A stretch of DNA of 64,000 nt from Armatimonadota bacterium (GCA_039811685.1 JBDHZC010000007.1:64001-128000); one strand, 5' to 3'. Positions 9,855-19,156 are shown, counted from the first letter of the stretch. Numbers and translations: made by a program. Notes: generated by a model from the letters alone, not told the origin.

Positions 9855-12800
9855 TTGACAATGAGTCTTCGAAGACACAGCCTCATTGCGTGCGTTGCGG
9901 CTGTTCTGGCCCTTTCAACGGCTGCTGGCGCAGTGGTTGACATGTCTGGCTACATTCTGGACCCCAACTGGTACGCGCCCCACCCGTATCTGACATCTCC
10001 GCAGGTGTACGGCACGGGGCTGTACGAGTACGGCGTCGCTGGCAACATCGCAAACAGCACTCTTACTGGCTTTCAGAGCAACACAGAGAGCTATTCAGAC
10101 AACTATTTTCGGGGTATCTACGGGTTCTTCCGGCGTCCGGCGCAAAACGAAGGCGTTTACACTCTACAGACGTGGGACAACTGGTGGCGTCCGACATTTG
10201 TGTTCAATCAGCCATTTGCCGCCTTCAACAGCCCGCAACAGATAATGCGCCTGCGCGCGAACATGTGGAGCTACGCGCCGACGTGGGAAGGCAACTATCA
10301 GGAGTTTGGGCAGACTTTTGCCGCAAGTGGGACTTCCGTAACGATGATCACTGTGCGCTGCGCCGCGCCGGGTAACCCCAACCGTATTCCTCTGACGTGC
10401 ACCATCCACGAAGGCGGCCCGGGCGGCCCACAGATTGGGCCTTCGCGCGTGCAGACCACCAACAGCGGCCCAACAGACCTGCGCTACATCTGGAGCGGCG
10501 GTGAAGTGCCAACTGTGCCTGGCAATATCTACTACGTCAAGCTGAGTGGACCGAACGACGCCACAGTGCTGTGCAACAACGAACCTATCCCGGATATGTC
10601 AGACGCCATGCCCGAAGGCAGCGCCTATCACAACGGCGTTGCCTGGTCGCAGACATCCGCGACGCCAGATCAGGGCGCCGCGATGGACCTCGGCATCACC
10701 ATCAACTCTGACGACGACGGCGTGCTCACCAACATGTTTGTCCGCAGTGGCGGCCAGAACGTGGGCTTTGCGCAATCCGTTGGTCAGAGCTTCACCGCGC
10801 GCGGGACAAGCCTCATCAGCTTCTGCTGCTGGATACCTGACTCCGCCAACGTCTATGTTGCAACGCTGTACAACGGCGTCAATGGCCAGCAGATCGGCAC
10901 AGCCAAACGCAACAAGATCATGCGCAGCGCAGATCCCGAGTTGCTTTTCACCTGGGCGCCCGGAGAATGCCCGCTGACGCCTGGCGCTAGCTACTATATC
11001 GAAGTAACCCGCGCCGACAATGCGTCTCTCGGCACTGTCTATGCCAATGGATACGACGTGTACACTGGCGGTCAGGCTTACAAGAACCGCTCTGCTGTCC
11101 CGGGGACGGACCTTGCCGGAACCATTATGGAGGAAGAGTCCACAGGGTCAGCCACAAAGCCGACTGTTCAGGTCTCGATTCCGCTGTCCTTCGCGCCCGC
11201 AGACCGGGGCGCCAACAGCCTGACAGTGCGCTGGACTACAGACGTAGCCGCAGACTCGACGGTGGAGTTCGCAGCGTGGAACGCGCCCTACACGGACGCC
11301 GCTTACAGCTCCGCTAAAACTACCAGCCACGTGTTGACCCTGTCCAACCTGCTGCCGAACACGATGTACCATCTGCGTGTGAAGTCGGCTACGGACGGCT
11401 ACCGCACAGGTGTCAGCCGCGATTTCGTCGCCTGCACAACAACCGGAACCAAGCCCAACCTGCTGGTGAATCCGGGCTTTGAGTCCGCTACCGGCGGCAG
11501 CCCGAGCAACGTTGTTCCAGGATGGACAAGGAGCGGCATGGACCTGAAAGCCTCCACCGGTAACTGGTTTGGCGATCTCCCGGTCTACACAGGCAACTGG
11601 TTCCTCCAGGGCGCCATTAACGGCAGCACGGTGGATGCGGTTGTCTATCAGACAGTCTCCGGGCTGACGCCAGGGAAACAGTACAACTTCACCTGCGCTC
11701 TGTATTCAGACATGCTGGAGAATGGCGGCAAAGACAAATACGACGTCTGGAACCAAAGCGGCCGTCTCGACTACATGAAAATCGGCATTGACCCGTACGG
11801 CGGCAACAGCCCAAGCAGCCCGAATGTTGTGTGGACGCCGAGGATGTACAGCCATCTGCACTACACGACCATTGGCTTCCGCGCCACAGCGCAGAGCTCT
11901 CAGATGACCGTTGTCATCAGCCTGAGTGGGCGCGGTGGCGACTGGCACCTTTATGGAATTGACGACTGCCGTCTGACAGAGGCTGAAACGGCTGATGCGA
12001 CACCGCCAAGCGCCCCTGTAGTGACGGATGACGGGCGCTACACAACGAACGCCACTCAGCTTCATGCGACATGGACAGCCTCCAGTGATCCGGAGTCAGG
12101 TATTTCCAAATACGAGTACTCCATCGGAACGTCGGCTGGAGCTACGGATGTGGCCGGCTGGGCGGACAATGCTCTGGCGACGTCCGTTACGCGCACGGGT
12201 CTGAGCCTTGCCAATGGCCAGACCTATTACGTCAATGTCCGGGCCAAAAACGGCGCAGGCGCTTACAGCAGCGTGGCTTCAAGCGACGGTATAACTGTCG
12301 CTCAGGCGGTTGCCTCAGTTGGGGCCGCCAAAGCGCTGGTGGACGGATCAGCGGTCTCACTCAGCGGAGTGATGGTCTCAGCGAGCTTCCCATCAATGGG
12401 CGCCTACTGGGTTCAGGATATCAACCGCGCCAGCGGCCTGCGGATTGCCTCCTCTTCTTCGTATACACCAGGGCGGCTCCTCACTGTCACGGGCGTTTTG
12501 CATATCGCGGATGGCGAGCGCTATCTGTCTGACGTTGAAGAGCAGGCGGGCGCTCAGGGAAGCGCCCCACTAGCGCTGGGAATGAAGAATGCGTCCATCG
12601 GCGGTGAAGCTCTGAACCTGAACACACCCGGCGTCGATGGCAGCGTTGGCGCTTACAATGTCGGGCTGCTGGTGATGGCGTGGGGACGTGTGAACAGCGT
12701 TTCGCCAGGCGCCTTCTACCTGGACGACGGCAGCGCGGTGACGGACGGCGTTGGCCAGGGCGTGCGTATCACCGGAGCGGCGGGAGCGCTCTCCGAGGGC

Positions 12801-12896
12801 GACTACGCCGCAGTAACCGGGCCCAGCAGTACGTTCGCTTCCGGCGGCCACATTTACCGCAACGTCGTCGCCCGGGATATCTACAAGCTGGATTAG
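9855..12896 (+). CDS. Large secreted multidomain protein (tandem repeat, FN3-like, CBM-like, C-terminal putative OB-fold domain)
   Basis: Signal peptide; FN3-like segments (VRWTTD..HVLTLSNLLPNTMYH; DATPPSAP..YYVNVRAKN); NLLVNPGFE carbohydrate-binding-like start; AGAGAGGA RBS. Confidence 0.8.
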   Translation: MTMSLRRHSLIACVAAVLALSTAAGAVVDMSGYILDPNWYAPHPYLTSPQVYGTGLYEYGVAGNIANSTLTGFQSNTESYSDNYFRGIYGFFRRPAQNEGVYTLQTWDNWWRPTFVFNQPFAAFNSPQQIMRLRANMWSYAPTWEGNYQEFGQTFAASGTSVTMITVRCAAPGNPNRIPLTCTIHEGGPGGPQIGPSRVQTTNSGPTDLRYIWSGGEVPTVPGNIYYVKLSGPNDATVLCNNEPIPDMSDAMPEGSAYHNGVAWSQTSATPDQGAAMDLGITINSDDDGVLTNMFVRSGGQNVGFAQSVGQSFTARGTSLISFCCWIPDSANVYVATLYNGVNGQQIGTAKRNKIMRSADPELLFTWAPGECPLTPGASYYIEVTRADNASLGTVYANGYDVYTGGQAYKNRSAVPGTDLAGTIMEEESTGSATKPTVQVSIPLSFAPADRGANSLTVRWTTDVAADSTVEFAAWNAPYTDAAYSSAKTTSHVLTLSNLLPNTMYHLRVKSATDGYRTGVSRDFVACTTTGTKPNLLVNPGFESATGGSPSNVVPGWTRSGMDLKASTGNWFGDLPVYTGNWFLQGAINGSTVDAVVYQTVSGLTPGKQYNFTCALYSDMLENGGKDKYDVWNQSGRLDYMKIGIDPYGGNSPSSPNVVWTPRMYSHLHYTTIGFRATAQSSQMTVVISLSGRGGDWHLYGIDDCRLTEAETADATPPSAPVVTDDGRYTTNATQLHATWTASSDPESGISKYEYSIGTSAGATDVAGWADNALATSVTRTGLSLANGQTYYVNVRAKNGAGAYSSVASSDGITVAQAVASVGAAKALVDGSAVSLSGVMVSASFPSMGAYWVQDINRASGLRIASSSSYTPGRLLTVTGVLHIADGERYLSDVEEQAGAQGSAPLALGMKNASIGGEALNLNTPGVDGSVGAYNVGLLVMAWGRVNSVSPGAFYLDDGSAVTDGVGQGVRITGAAGALSEGDYAAVTGPSSTFASGGHIYRNVVARDIYKLD

Positions 12897-12899
12897 CCT

Positions 12900-13316
12900 C
12901 TAGGGCAGAAGCTCTGAGTCACGGAACCAGAGCGCGATCTCTGAGCTTGCGGTTTCGGGCGCATCCGAGCCGTGGATGAGATTGGTCTGAATGCTGTTAG
13001 TGAAGTCACCCCGGATTGTTCCCGGGGTGGCTTCCAGCGGCTTAACCGCCCCCATCATCGCACGGGCCAGGCGGATAACGTCGTCGCCTTCCCACACCAT
13101 AGCCACTACCGGACCTGAAATGATGAAGTCCACAAGCTCCCCGAAGAACGGCTTCTCCCGGTGGACGGCGTAGTGCTTCTCGGCAAGCTCCCGGCTGACC
13201 TGCTGCTGCTTCAGGCCGACCAGCCGAAAGCCTCTCCTCTCAAAGCGGGTGATAATCTCTCCTATCAGTCGCCGCTCCACCCCGTCCGGCTTGATCATCA
13301 GAAATGTACGTTCCAT
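12900..13316 (-). CDS. ndk: Nucleoside diphosphate kinase
   Basis: [12 protein letters not shown] start, PGTIRGDF and the NLIHGSD active site. Confidence 0.97.
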   Translation of the reverse strand: MERTFLMIKPDGVERRLIGEIITRFERRGFRLVGLKQQQVSRELAEKHYAVHREKPFFGELVDFIISGPVVAMVWEGDDVIRLARAMMGAVKPLEATPGTIRGDFTNSIQTNLIHGSDAPETASSEIALWFRDSELLP

Positions 13317-13428
13317 GCGGTTATACCCCCGTTTGACAGTCGTTTCGCCGTATGTTACTGAAGAACGCGGCTGGATGACAAGAGCTCCCCGCGCAGGACC
13401 CTGCGGAGCGTACAAAGAAGAGGGCGGT

Positions 13429-13890
13429 ATGCAGCAGAGTGAGCTTCGGACAACCTCCGGTCTGCGGCCTTCCGAGAGCCTGGCCCTGACCCTGCTTTTG
13501 AGTGGGTTTGCGGATACGGCGGCAAGGTCACTGCTTCGGACGTGGGTAGACCTTTACTGGCATCAGAATATCAGCCGCTACGCCGGGCATCTGCTGCTCT
13601 GGGTTGCAGTCGTCTGGTGCGCGGGTGGCGCGTGCTGTCTTGTGTGGGCGTGGACGACGGGCAAGCGCTTCGTTCCGCATCCAGAGCGGTGGCGATGGGG
13701 GGTGCGTTTTCTGAGTGCGGGGAATGTCGGGTTTGTTGTCGCCGCAGCGTGTCAGGCGATGATGCATTTTGCCGGGCTTTCCGGGCCGTCCGGCGGGGAG
13801 CTGCATCCACGCTCCCTGACGATCTCCTCAGCGGCGGCATCGGTGTTTGGAGTATTCCTGCTTATTCTCGCAGCGCAGCGTCAGCGGTAG
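13429..13890 (+). CDS. Hypothetical membrane protein (~4 TM)
   Basis: ATG at 13429 after AAGAGGG; four hydrophobic segments; ends at a hairpin shared with the convergent array. Confidence 0.6.
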   Translation: MQQSELRTTSGLRPSESLALTLLLSGFADTAARSLLRTWVDLYWHQNISRYAGHLLLWVAVVWCAGGACCLVWAWTTGKRFVPHPERWRWGVRFLSAGNVGFVVAAACQAMMHFAGLSGPSGGELHPRSLTISSAAASVFGVFLLILAAQRQR

Positions 13891-13901
13891 CTCGCGTACA
13901 T

Positions 13902-13935
13902 AAAGAAGCCCCGGAGCTTGTGAGATCCGGGGCTT
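13902..13935 (-). terminator. Intrinsic terminator ending PEP-CTERM unit 3-2-1
   Basis: Stem AAGCCCCGGA/TCCGGGGCTT followed by CTTT on the minus strand. Confidence 0.8.
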
Positions 13936-13976
13936 GTAGCTTCGGTCACTGTGACGTTGTAGCGCCTGAAAGAGAG

Positions 13977-14807
13977 CTACGCGCTGCGCTTGCGCAGCTT
14001 CAGCAGCCCCAGCCCGCTCATTCCGATGAGCGCGCCCATCTGGAAGAAGGCGGGTTCGGGGATAGCATTAATCTCGAGTCGGCTATTGTCAATAGCAAGG
14101 AAGTTGAACTCATTAGCGGCAAACCAGCCATACCGATTTCCGCCTACAACGCTCGGAATCAGGTCCGACGGATTGCTGAGCGTCCAACTATGCAGAACGG
14201 ACCCGCCGGCGGGCGCTATGCTCATGTCTACCGCTAACACGCCACCGTCGTCATAGAAGGAGTGCGAGAGTGTGTACCAGCCGGAACTCATTACTGCGAA
14301 GGGGTCGCGACCCGGGTTCTTGGGATATGCATTGGCGCGACCGGTATTGTTACTGGCAGAGAAGATGAACCGAGCGCCTCCAGCGCCTGGCCCCGTATTA
14401 TCTGTGTAAAATCCGGCATTGAAAGCAAAGTCACGCAGATGCGCCCCATTAGTCTTGTTGATTGCTGAGGACCAGTCGAAGCGCGTGTCGTTTGTACCAC
14501 TCATATCGAGGTAAACATCAATAGAGGTGGTGTACGGTTGAAAGACACTAGAGTAACCGCCCCAGTTAGTTGCAGCTGATCCACCCATAGGGTCTGATAT
14601 TGCTTTTCCGTGAAAGCCGCCAGCTTCCGAAGTAATGCCATCGGTTCCGGACGGAACGCGCGTGGCATCACTTGCACCACCAAAAACATTCCACCCAGAA
14701 TTGTCGGTTTCAAAGCCGTTGAAAAAGTCGGCGTGCGCACGTGCACCGGCAAAAATAAGACAGCCGATAACGGCCGGCACAACCAGTTGTGTGAATCCAA
14801 ACTTCAT
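13977..14807 (-). CDS. PEP-CTERM-type surface protein 1
   Basis: Signal peptide (ARAHA); Gly/Ser/Asn-rich body; tail IPEPAFFQMGALIGMSGLGLLKLRKRSA. Confidence 0.9.
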   Translation of the reverse strand: MKFGFTQLVVPAVIGCLIFAGARAHADFFNGFETDNSGWNVFGGASDATRVPSGTDGITSEAGGFHGKAISDPMGGSAATNWGGYSSVFQPYTTSIDVYLDMSGTNDTRFDWSSAINKTNGAHLRDFAFNAGFYTDNTGPGAGGARFIFSASNNTGRANAYPKNPGRDPFAVMSSGWYTLSHSFYDDGGVLAVDMSIAPAGGSVLHSWTLSNPSDLIPSVVGGNRYGWFAANEFNFLAIDNSRLEINAIPEPAFFQMGALIGMSGLGLLKLRKRSA

Positions 14808-14842
14808 CGCAGTTCCTTTCTCGATATGCTCACCAAACCAAA

Positions 14843-14877
14843 GGGCCGTTACGTACTAACAGATGTCGCAACGGCCC
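14843..14877 (-). terminator. Intercistronic hairpin / weak terminator
   Basis: 11-bp stem GGGCCGTTGCG/CGTAACGGCCC (one G-U on the minus strand) followed by TTTGGTTT. Confidence 0.55.
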
Positions 14878-14886
14878 ATTAAGACG

Positions 14887-15612
14887 CTACACTCGCTTGC
14901 GCAGCTTCAGCAGCCCCAGCCCACTCATTCCGATGAGCGCGCCCATCTGGAAGAAGGCGGGTTCGGGGATGTAGCCGACGACGCGCATTGTTACGTAGTC
15001 CTTTCCCGCGACATGCGGGGGATCAGGCGTGTAGAAATCCTTCAGATTCCACGTGCCCTGAATGAGCGAACCGGGATTAGCCAGAGACCAGTCCACGGGG
15101 CCTCCCCACCCAGTCGGCTGGCGTGTCCCGGCCTCAGCCAGAAATGACCCCGCCAACGCTGCCGATGTGCGGTCAAGGTTGAACGACGCAGTTACTGAAA
15201 CGGTCGCTTTCTCCAGATAATCCGCCACTGTGTACCCGTAACCGGGTGCAAACAGATAGTATGTGCCGGTATAGACCGCCGTGTTAGCGCCAAGGTTTTC
15301 CGACACCTTAGTCAGCGTCAGATTCCAGCCATAAGCCGTCTTCAGATCGGAGCCGACCTGAGGCAGGACTGGATGAGCAGAGTACGTTGTGAACCAGCTT
15401 CCCGGATGGTCAACACTCTGATTGAAAAGTCCAGGACCGGCCCACGTGTTGACTATCGTCAACGTATCGAAAAGCGGGCTGACGTTGTACGTTGTTGTGC
15501 CGTCTGCCGCCATCCTGATATCCAGATCGTAGGCACTAGCCTGTGGGATCGAGGACAGCGCCAAGGCTGCAACACCGAGGCCCACCAGCGCTACTTTCAT
15601 GTTTATTTTCAT
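14887..15612 (-). CDS. PEP-CTERM-type surface protein 2
   Basis: Signal peptide (QASA); tail IPEPAFFQMGALIGMSGLGLLKLRKRV. Confidence 0.9.
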   Translation of the reverse strand: MKINMKVALVGLGVAALALSSIPQASAYDLDIRMAADGTTTYNVSPLFDTLTIVNTWAGPGLFNQSVDHPGSWFTTYSAHPVLPQVGSDLKTAYGWNLTLTKVSENLGANTAVYTGTYYLFAPGYGYTVADYLEKATVSVTASFNLDRTSAALAGSFLAEAGTRQPTGWGGPVDWSLANPGSLIQGTWNLKDFYTPDPPHVAGKDYVTMRVVGYIPEPAFFQMGALIGMSGLGLLKLRKRV

Positions 15613-15641
15613 ATCTCTGACCTCATCAGATTAGCGAGCTA

Positions 15642-15686
15642 TTCCGGCGGGCGCACCGCAAACCTGGCGCTAACTTCCCGCCGGAA
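15642..15686 (-). other. Intercistronic stem-loop without U-tract
   Basis: 10-bp perfect stem TTCCGGCGGG/CCCGCCGGAA between genes 3 and 2. Confidence 0.5.
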
Positions 15687-15698
15687 AGTGTAGAATTG

Positions 15699-16433
15699 TT
15701 ACGCGCTGCGCTTTCGCAGTCTCAGCAGCCCAAGTCCGCTCATACCGATGAAAGCGCCCATCTGGAAGAAGGCGGGCTCGGGGATGGCAGTCGTCGAACC
15801 GAAGTCCACGCGACCTACGTCTCCGTTCTTCAGGGTAATGGTCAATCCATCCAGATAGCCGTCATACCCACCCCAGGCGCTGTTTGTGTGAACGCTGATA
15901 GCCTCGATGAGACTATTACCTGTCGAGGCCTGCAGCGCCGCCAAAGTCATTCCGCCGAAGGTCATGCCTGAGTCAGTCGAGTACTCAACCCAGCTTCCCG
16001 TCACGGTGTGACCACCATAATCGCTGTTGAACTTTTGGTGATAGAACGCAGGGTTTCCATCTCCTGACCCCGTCGGCCGCGTGTAGATGGTTACCCACCA
16101 GTCCCTGCCGGCCGGTGTTCCTGTCTGCCGGAACGTGTTGTAGCTGATTGACGCAAGATCGCCGACTTTCAAGCCAGCCGTCTGCGCGCCAAACAAAGCG
16201 GACAGATAGTCCCCGTCAGCCTGGTAGCGGGCATGCCAGTTGGATTTGCCGGTGGCTGGGCCCTGCCATGAATCCGCACCCCATCCCGCTGGAGCATCAT
16301 TTGCGATGCGCGGCAGCTGCTCATCGGGTACAGAACTCGGCCCCATATAAATCGTGGTAGTTGCTGCCTGAGCGATGCCACTGACAGCTAAAACGCCAAC
16401 GGCTGCAAACGCAGCTAAACTCAGCTTCTTCAT
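15699..16433 (-). CDS. PEP-CTERM-type surface protein 3
   Basis: Start MKKLSLAAF after GAGGA; signal peptide (IAQA); tail IPEPAFFQMGAFIGMSGLGLLRLRKRSA. Confidence 0.9.
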   Translation of the reverse strand: MKKLSLAAFAAVGVLAVSGIAQAATTTIYMGPSSVPDEQLPRIANDAPAGWGADSWQGPATGKSNWHARYQADGDYLSALFGAQTAGLKVGDLASISYNTFRQTGTPAGRDWWVTIYTRPTGSGDGNPAFYHQKFNSDYGGHTVTGSWVEYSTDSGMTFGGMTLAALQASTGNSLIEAISVHTNSAWGGYDGYLDGLTITLKNGDVGRVDFGSTTAIPEPAFFQMGAFIGMSGLGLLRLRKRSA

Positions 16434-16752
16434 CGTGTTCCTCAATCCTTTCTCTCGGCGAGCCGTCGCGGGCCGATAATCTGGCCTTTCGTGGCGAACC
16501 GCCGCTGTTTCGTAAGAAGAGTAGTCCGTAAGTTGGCAACTTTGGCCGCGTACACGCAACGGAACGTGTGAATGAGGAGAGCGGGATACCAGGAGGCTAC
16601 GCGAGGGAGTTCACCTCCCAGGGAGCTATCTCACGGTTATCCATCCCCTGCCAAAGCGACCGACTACCGGATTACTCAATTTGTGAACTTCACCACAGAC
16701 TGTGAAGAACTGACAGGACAACAACGTCACAGTCTGACAAGAAAACAGTTTT

Positions 16753-16782
16753 AGTCTACTCCCTAACACTAGTAGCCGTCAA
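16753..16782 (-). promoter_or_regulatory. Sigma70-type promoter for genes 3-2-1
   Basis: TTGACG-N18-TAGACT. Confidence 0.6.
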
Positions 16783-16828
16783 CACCGACCGGCAAATTCA
16801 GGTATTTATACCGATGCAGCGTCGGGCC

Positions 16829-16862
16829 AAAAAACAGCCCCCGGATGCGCATCCGGAGGCTG
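16829..16862 (-). terminator. Conserved intrinsic terminator after PEP-CTERM gene 4
   Basis: CAGCCTCCGGA-loop-TCCGGGGGCTG followed by T6. Confidence 0.9.
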
Positions 16863-16895
16863 GCGGTGCTCGAAAGAAGAGCTGAACGGGAGTGA

Positions 16896-17717
16896 CTAGC
16901 TGCGCTTTCGCAGTCTCAGCAGCCCCAGCCCGCTCATGCCAATGAGTGTGCCCATCTGGAAGAACGCAGGCTCAGGAACCGGCGAATAGGTGAAATCCTG
17001 CCGGTGCGCGTAGTTGGTCAACCCCGCCCGCGGCGCCTGTATCCACTCTGCCTGACCGATGTAGGATTTGTAGTTGGCAGCCTCGCTAACATAGCTGAGC
17101 GCGTCTGCCAGGACTGTCCCACCCGGGTTGGCTGTAAGATAGAAATCGCCAGAGGAGAAATCCGCGGCGAAACCGTCCTGCACGATCTCCCAGATTGCAA
17201 GCTGAACGCGGGCCTGGGTGGCGACTGACGCGCTGAGATATTTGTCCGTGAGGTAGGCCACCGCGCCGGAGCGGTCCTGCTTGTCCTGAGCGCTCAACCC
17301 GCTGGGCTGAGGCGCGTAGTCGTTGGCGTGAAGGGCAGAGGCAAGCCCTGCCCCTTGATACGGCGGGACGCTCTGGCCAACAGGATCGATATAGAAGTAC
17401 TCCGTGTTGCCCTGCGGGACATCCGTCAAGGCAGTGACTCCGGGCGCCGCAACCTTGCCCAGCAGCGCCAGCGTATTGTACCCCTCGTTGTAGTTTACGT
17501 TGTGCTTGAGGTCAACACAGAACAGGCTGACAGCCGTGTTGTTCAGCAGACCATAATAGCCGCCAACAACCGTCTCTCCACGGTTCGTCTGAACGCTGAC
17601 AGAACCAGCGTTGACGCCCACAAACTGAAACGGCGTGAGCTGCGCGTTGGCGACGCCGGTGAAGCCCAGGGATATGGCAGTCGCCGCGACGGCCCATCTC
17701 ATCGTTCTCATAAACAT
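16896..17717 (-). CDS. PEP-CTERM-type surface protein 4 with thioester-domain-like motifs
   Basis: Signal peptide (VANA); LFCVD and QLAIW motifs; tail VPEPAFFQMGTLIGMSGLGLLRLRKRS. Confidence 0.9.
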   Translation of the reverse strand: MFMRTMRWAVAATAISLGFTGVANAQLTPFQFVGVNAGSVSVQTNRGETVVGGYYGLLNNTAVSLFCVDLKHNVNYNEGYNTLALLGKVAAPGVTALTDVPQGNTEYFYIDPVGQSVPPYQGAGLASALHANDYAPQPSGLSAQDKQDRSGAVAYLTDKYLSASVATQARVQLAIWEIVQDGFAADFSSGDFYLTANPGGTVLADALSYVSEAANYKSYIGQAEWIQAPRAGLTNYAHRQDFTYSPVPEPAFFQMGTLIGMSGLGLLRLRKRS

Positions 17718-17957
17718 TTCTCCATTTCTAACCTGGTAGAAGACTGCAGCCGGGGCATACAGCGCACAATGTCAAGCGAGCCGCAGTTCTTCATTCACGC
17801 GCGAACGGCACTTGTGACGTCTGCTGTGGATGTTGAAAAACGCGAGTGTCCGCTGACAGGAGATGAACTAACAGGCGCTGATATTCCGCCGAGCAGGACG
17901 CGGAATGTTGATGGCTTGCAGCTCCACCAGAGAGGCGAGATACACTTCTTTATAAAA

Positions 17958-17986
17958 ATGGTACCAGCTAAGCAAGCGAGTGTCAA
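17958..17986 (-). promoter_or_regulatory. Sigma70-type promoter for gene 4
   Basis: TTGACA-N17-TACCAT with extended TG. Confidence 0.7.
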
Positions 17987-18111
17987 GACTCTTGCATCTG
18001 CAAAGAATACCTGTTTTCGCAAACTCGCAGGCTAAAGAGCACGCTGGAGCGGTAAGAAAGATGGGCAAAGCGCAGGCTTTCAGGTCGTCCGCACAACGCC
18101 GGTAGAGTCTC

Positions 18112-18146
18112 AAAGAAACAGCCCCCGGACGTGGTCCGGAGGCTGT
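18112..18146 (-). terminator. Conserved intrinsic terminator after PEP-CTERM gene 5
   Basis: CAGCCTCCGGA-loop-TCCGGGGGCTG followed by TTTCTTT. Confidence 0.88.
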
Positions 18147-18179
18147 GCGTGTGTTAGAAAGAGAGCCGAATGAAAGAGA

Positions 18180-18959
18180 TTAGCTGCGCTTGCGCAGTCT
18201 GAGCAGTCCCAGCCCACTCATCCCGATGAGAGCGCCCATCTGGAAGAAGGCGGGTTCGGGGATCGGGTTGGCTTCAAGCGTTACCGTTCCGGCGTAGAAG
18301 TCCATACCCGGCGTGTGGTCATCCGAGTATTTGTACGTGAGCTGGCCGCTAAAGTTGAACGTGTTGGTGTAGCCCCAGCTTGAGAGCGCGGTATCAGGTG
18401 TTGACGGTGTGTACCAGTGGATAAGGCCATCGCTAATCAGCGTTCCAGACATATCTACTTTCCAGACGCCGAGTGATAGATTTGTCAGGTTGGCAAAGTT
18501 GAGAGAGCCAACTGTGCCGCGCAAGACGCTGTTAATGGCGATGTTGTTCGGGTCAGTGACGCCGCTGGCCACCGCGCCGCCCGTATTGCCGTAGTGATTT
18601 ATGGCCCACTGGACGGGGCCCGCATTGGAAACCCCAGGCGCCAGAAAGTCCCAGGCGTTCAGCGTCGGCGGCGCGCCTGTGTTTGTAGGGGCTGGAACGA
18701 TGAGATCGAAACCGAACTGGCCAACGTCGCCAAAAATACCGGCGGCGGTCGGGTTGGTAAAGGTGAACTTGGCGCCGTTCAAAGCAGTGGTGCTGTTGTT
18801 GTACTGCGCCCGGTAATAGGACGTATTGGACTGAACTTCAGGCGTAGCGCTGTTGTAGTAAACGGCAATACCGCCACTGATATCGCCAATGGGTGTACCT
18901 GCGTGAGCAGCGCCGGCAACCAGCGCCACACCCAGAGTAACTGCAAAGATAGCTTTCAT
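18180..18959 (-). CDS. PEP-CTERM-type surface protein 5
   Basis: Start MKAIFAV; signal peptide (AAHA); tail IPEPAFFQMGALIGMSGLGLLRLRKRS. Confidence 0.9.
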   Translation of the reverse strand: MKAIFAVTLGVALVAGAAHAGTPIGDISGGIAVYYNSATPEVQSNTSYYRAQYNNSTTALNGAKFTFTNPTAAGIFGDVGQFGFDLIVPAPTNTGAPPTLNAWDFLAPGVSNAGPVQWAINHYGNTGGAVASGVTDPNNIAINSVLRGTVGSLNFANLTNLSLGVWKVDMSGTLISDGLIHWYTPSTPDTALSSWGYTNTFNFSGQLTYKYSDDHTPGMDFYAGTVTLEANPIPEPAFFQMGALIGMSGLGLLRLRKRS

Positions 18960-19035
18960 GGTCAGAACCCTTTCCTCTCTTGGCCTTCGGGACCCAGAAC
19001 CACCCGAGATCCCGCATACAGGCCCAACAGTCAAA

Positions 19036-19064
19036 ATGTTACCACGCACTTTAGAGCCTGTCAA
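19036..19064 (-). promoter_or_regulatory. Sigma70-type promoter for gene 5
   Basis: TTGACA-N17-TAACAT with extended TG. Confidence 0.72.
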
Positions 19065-19120
19065 AGGAAGCGGCATAATCTGGTATTTCTACCTACGCGA
19101 AAATCCGCCAGCAGTCAGGC

Positions 19121-19156
19121 AAAAAAAACAGCCCCCGGAGCGTGTCCGGAGGCTGT
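19121..19156 (-). terminator. Conserved intrinsic terminator after PEP-CTERM gene 6
   Basis: CAGCCTCCGGA-loop-TCCGGGGGCTG followed by T8. Confidence 0.9.

Noticed and set aside
6029..9943. Long antisense ORFs (6029-7090, 8642-9943; likewise 36731-37822 and 48896-49852)
   Set aside because: They lie opposite well-supported genes, which is typical of high-GC shadow ORFs.
13429..13890. Membrane protein as the cognate exosortase
   Set aside because: Too short (153 aa) and no recognisable exosortase Cys/Arg/His arrangement.
13542..15971. Plus-strand ORFs sharing AQLQQPQP..HLEEGGFGD
   Set aside because: These are antisense shadows of the conserved PEP-CTERM tail.
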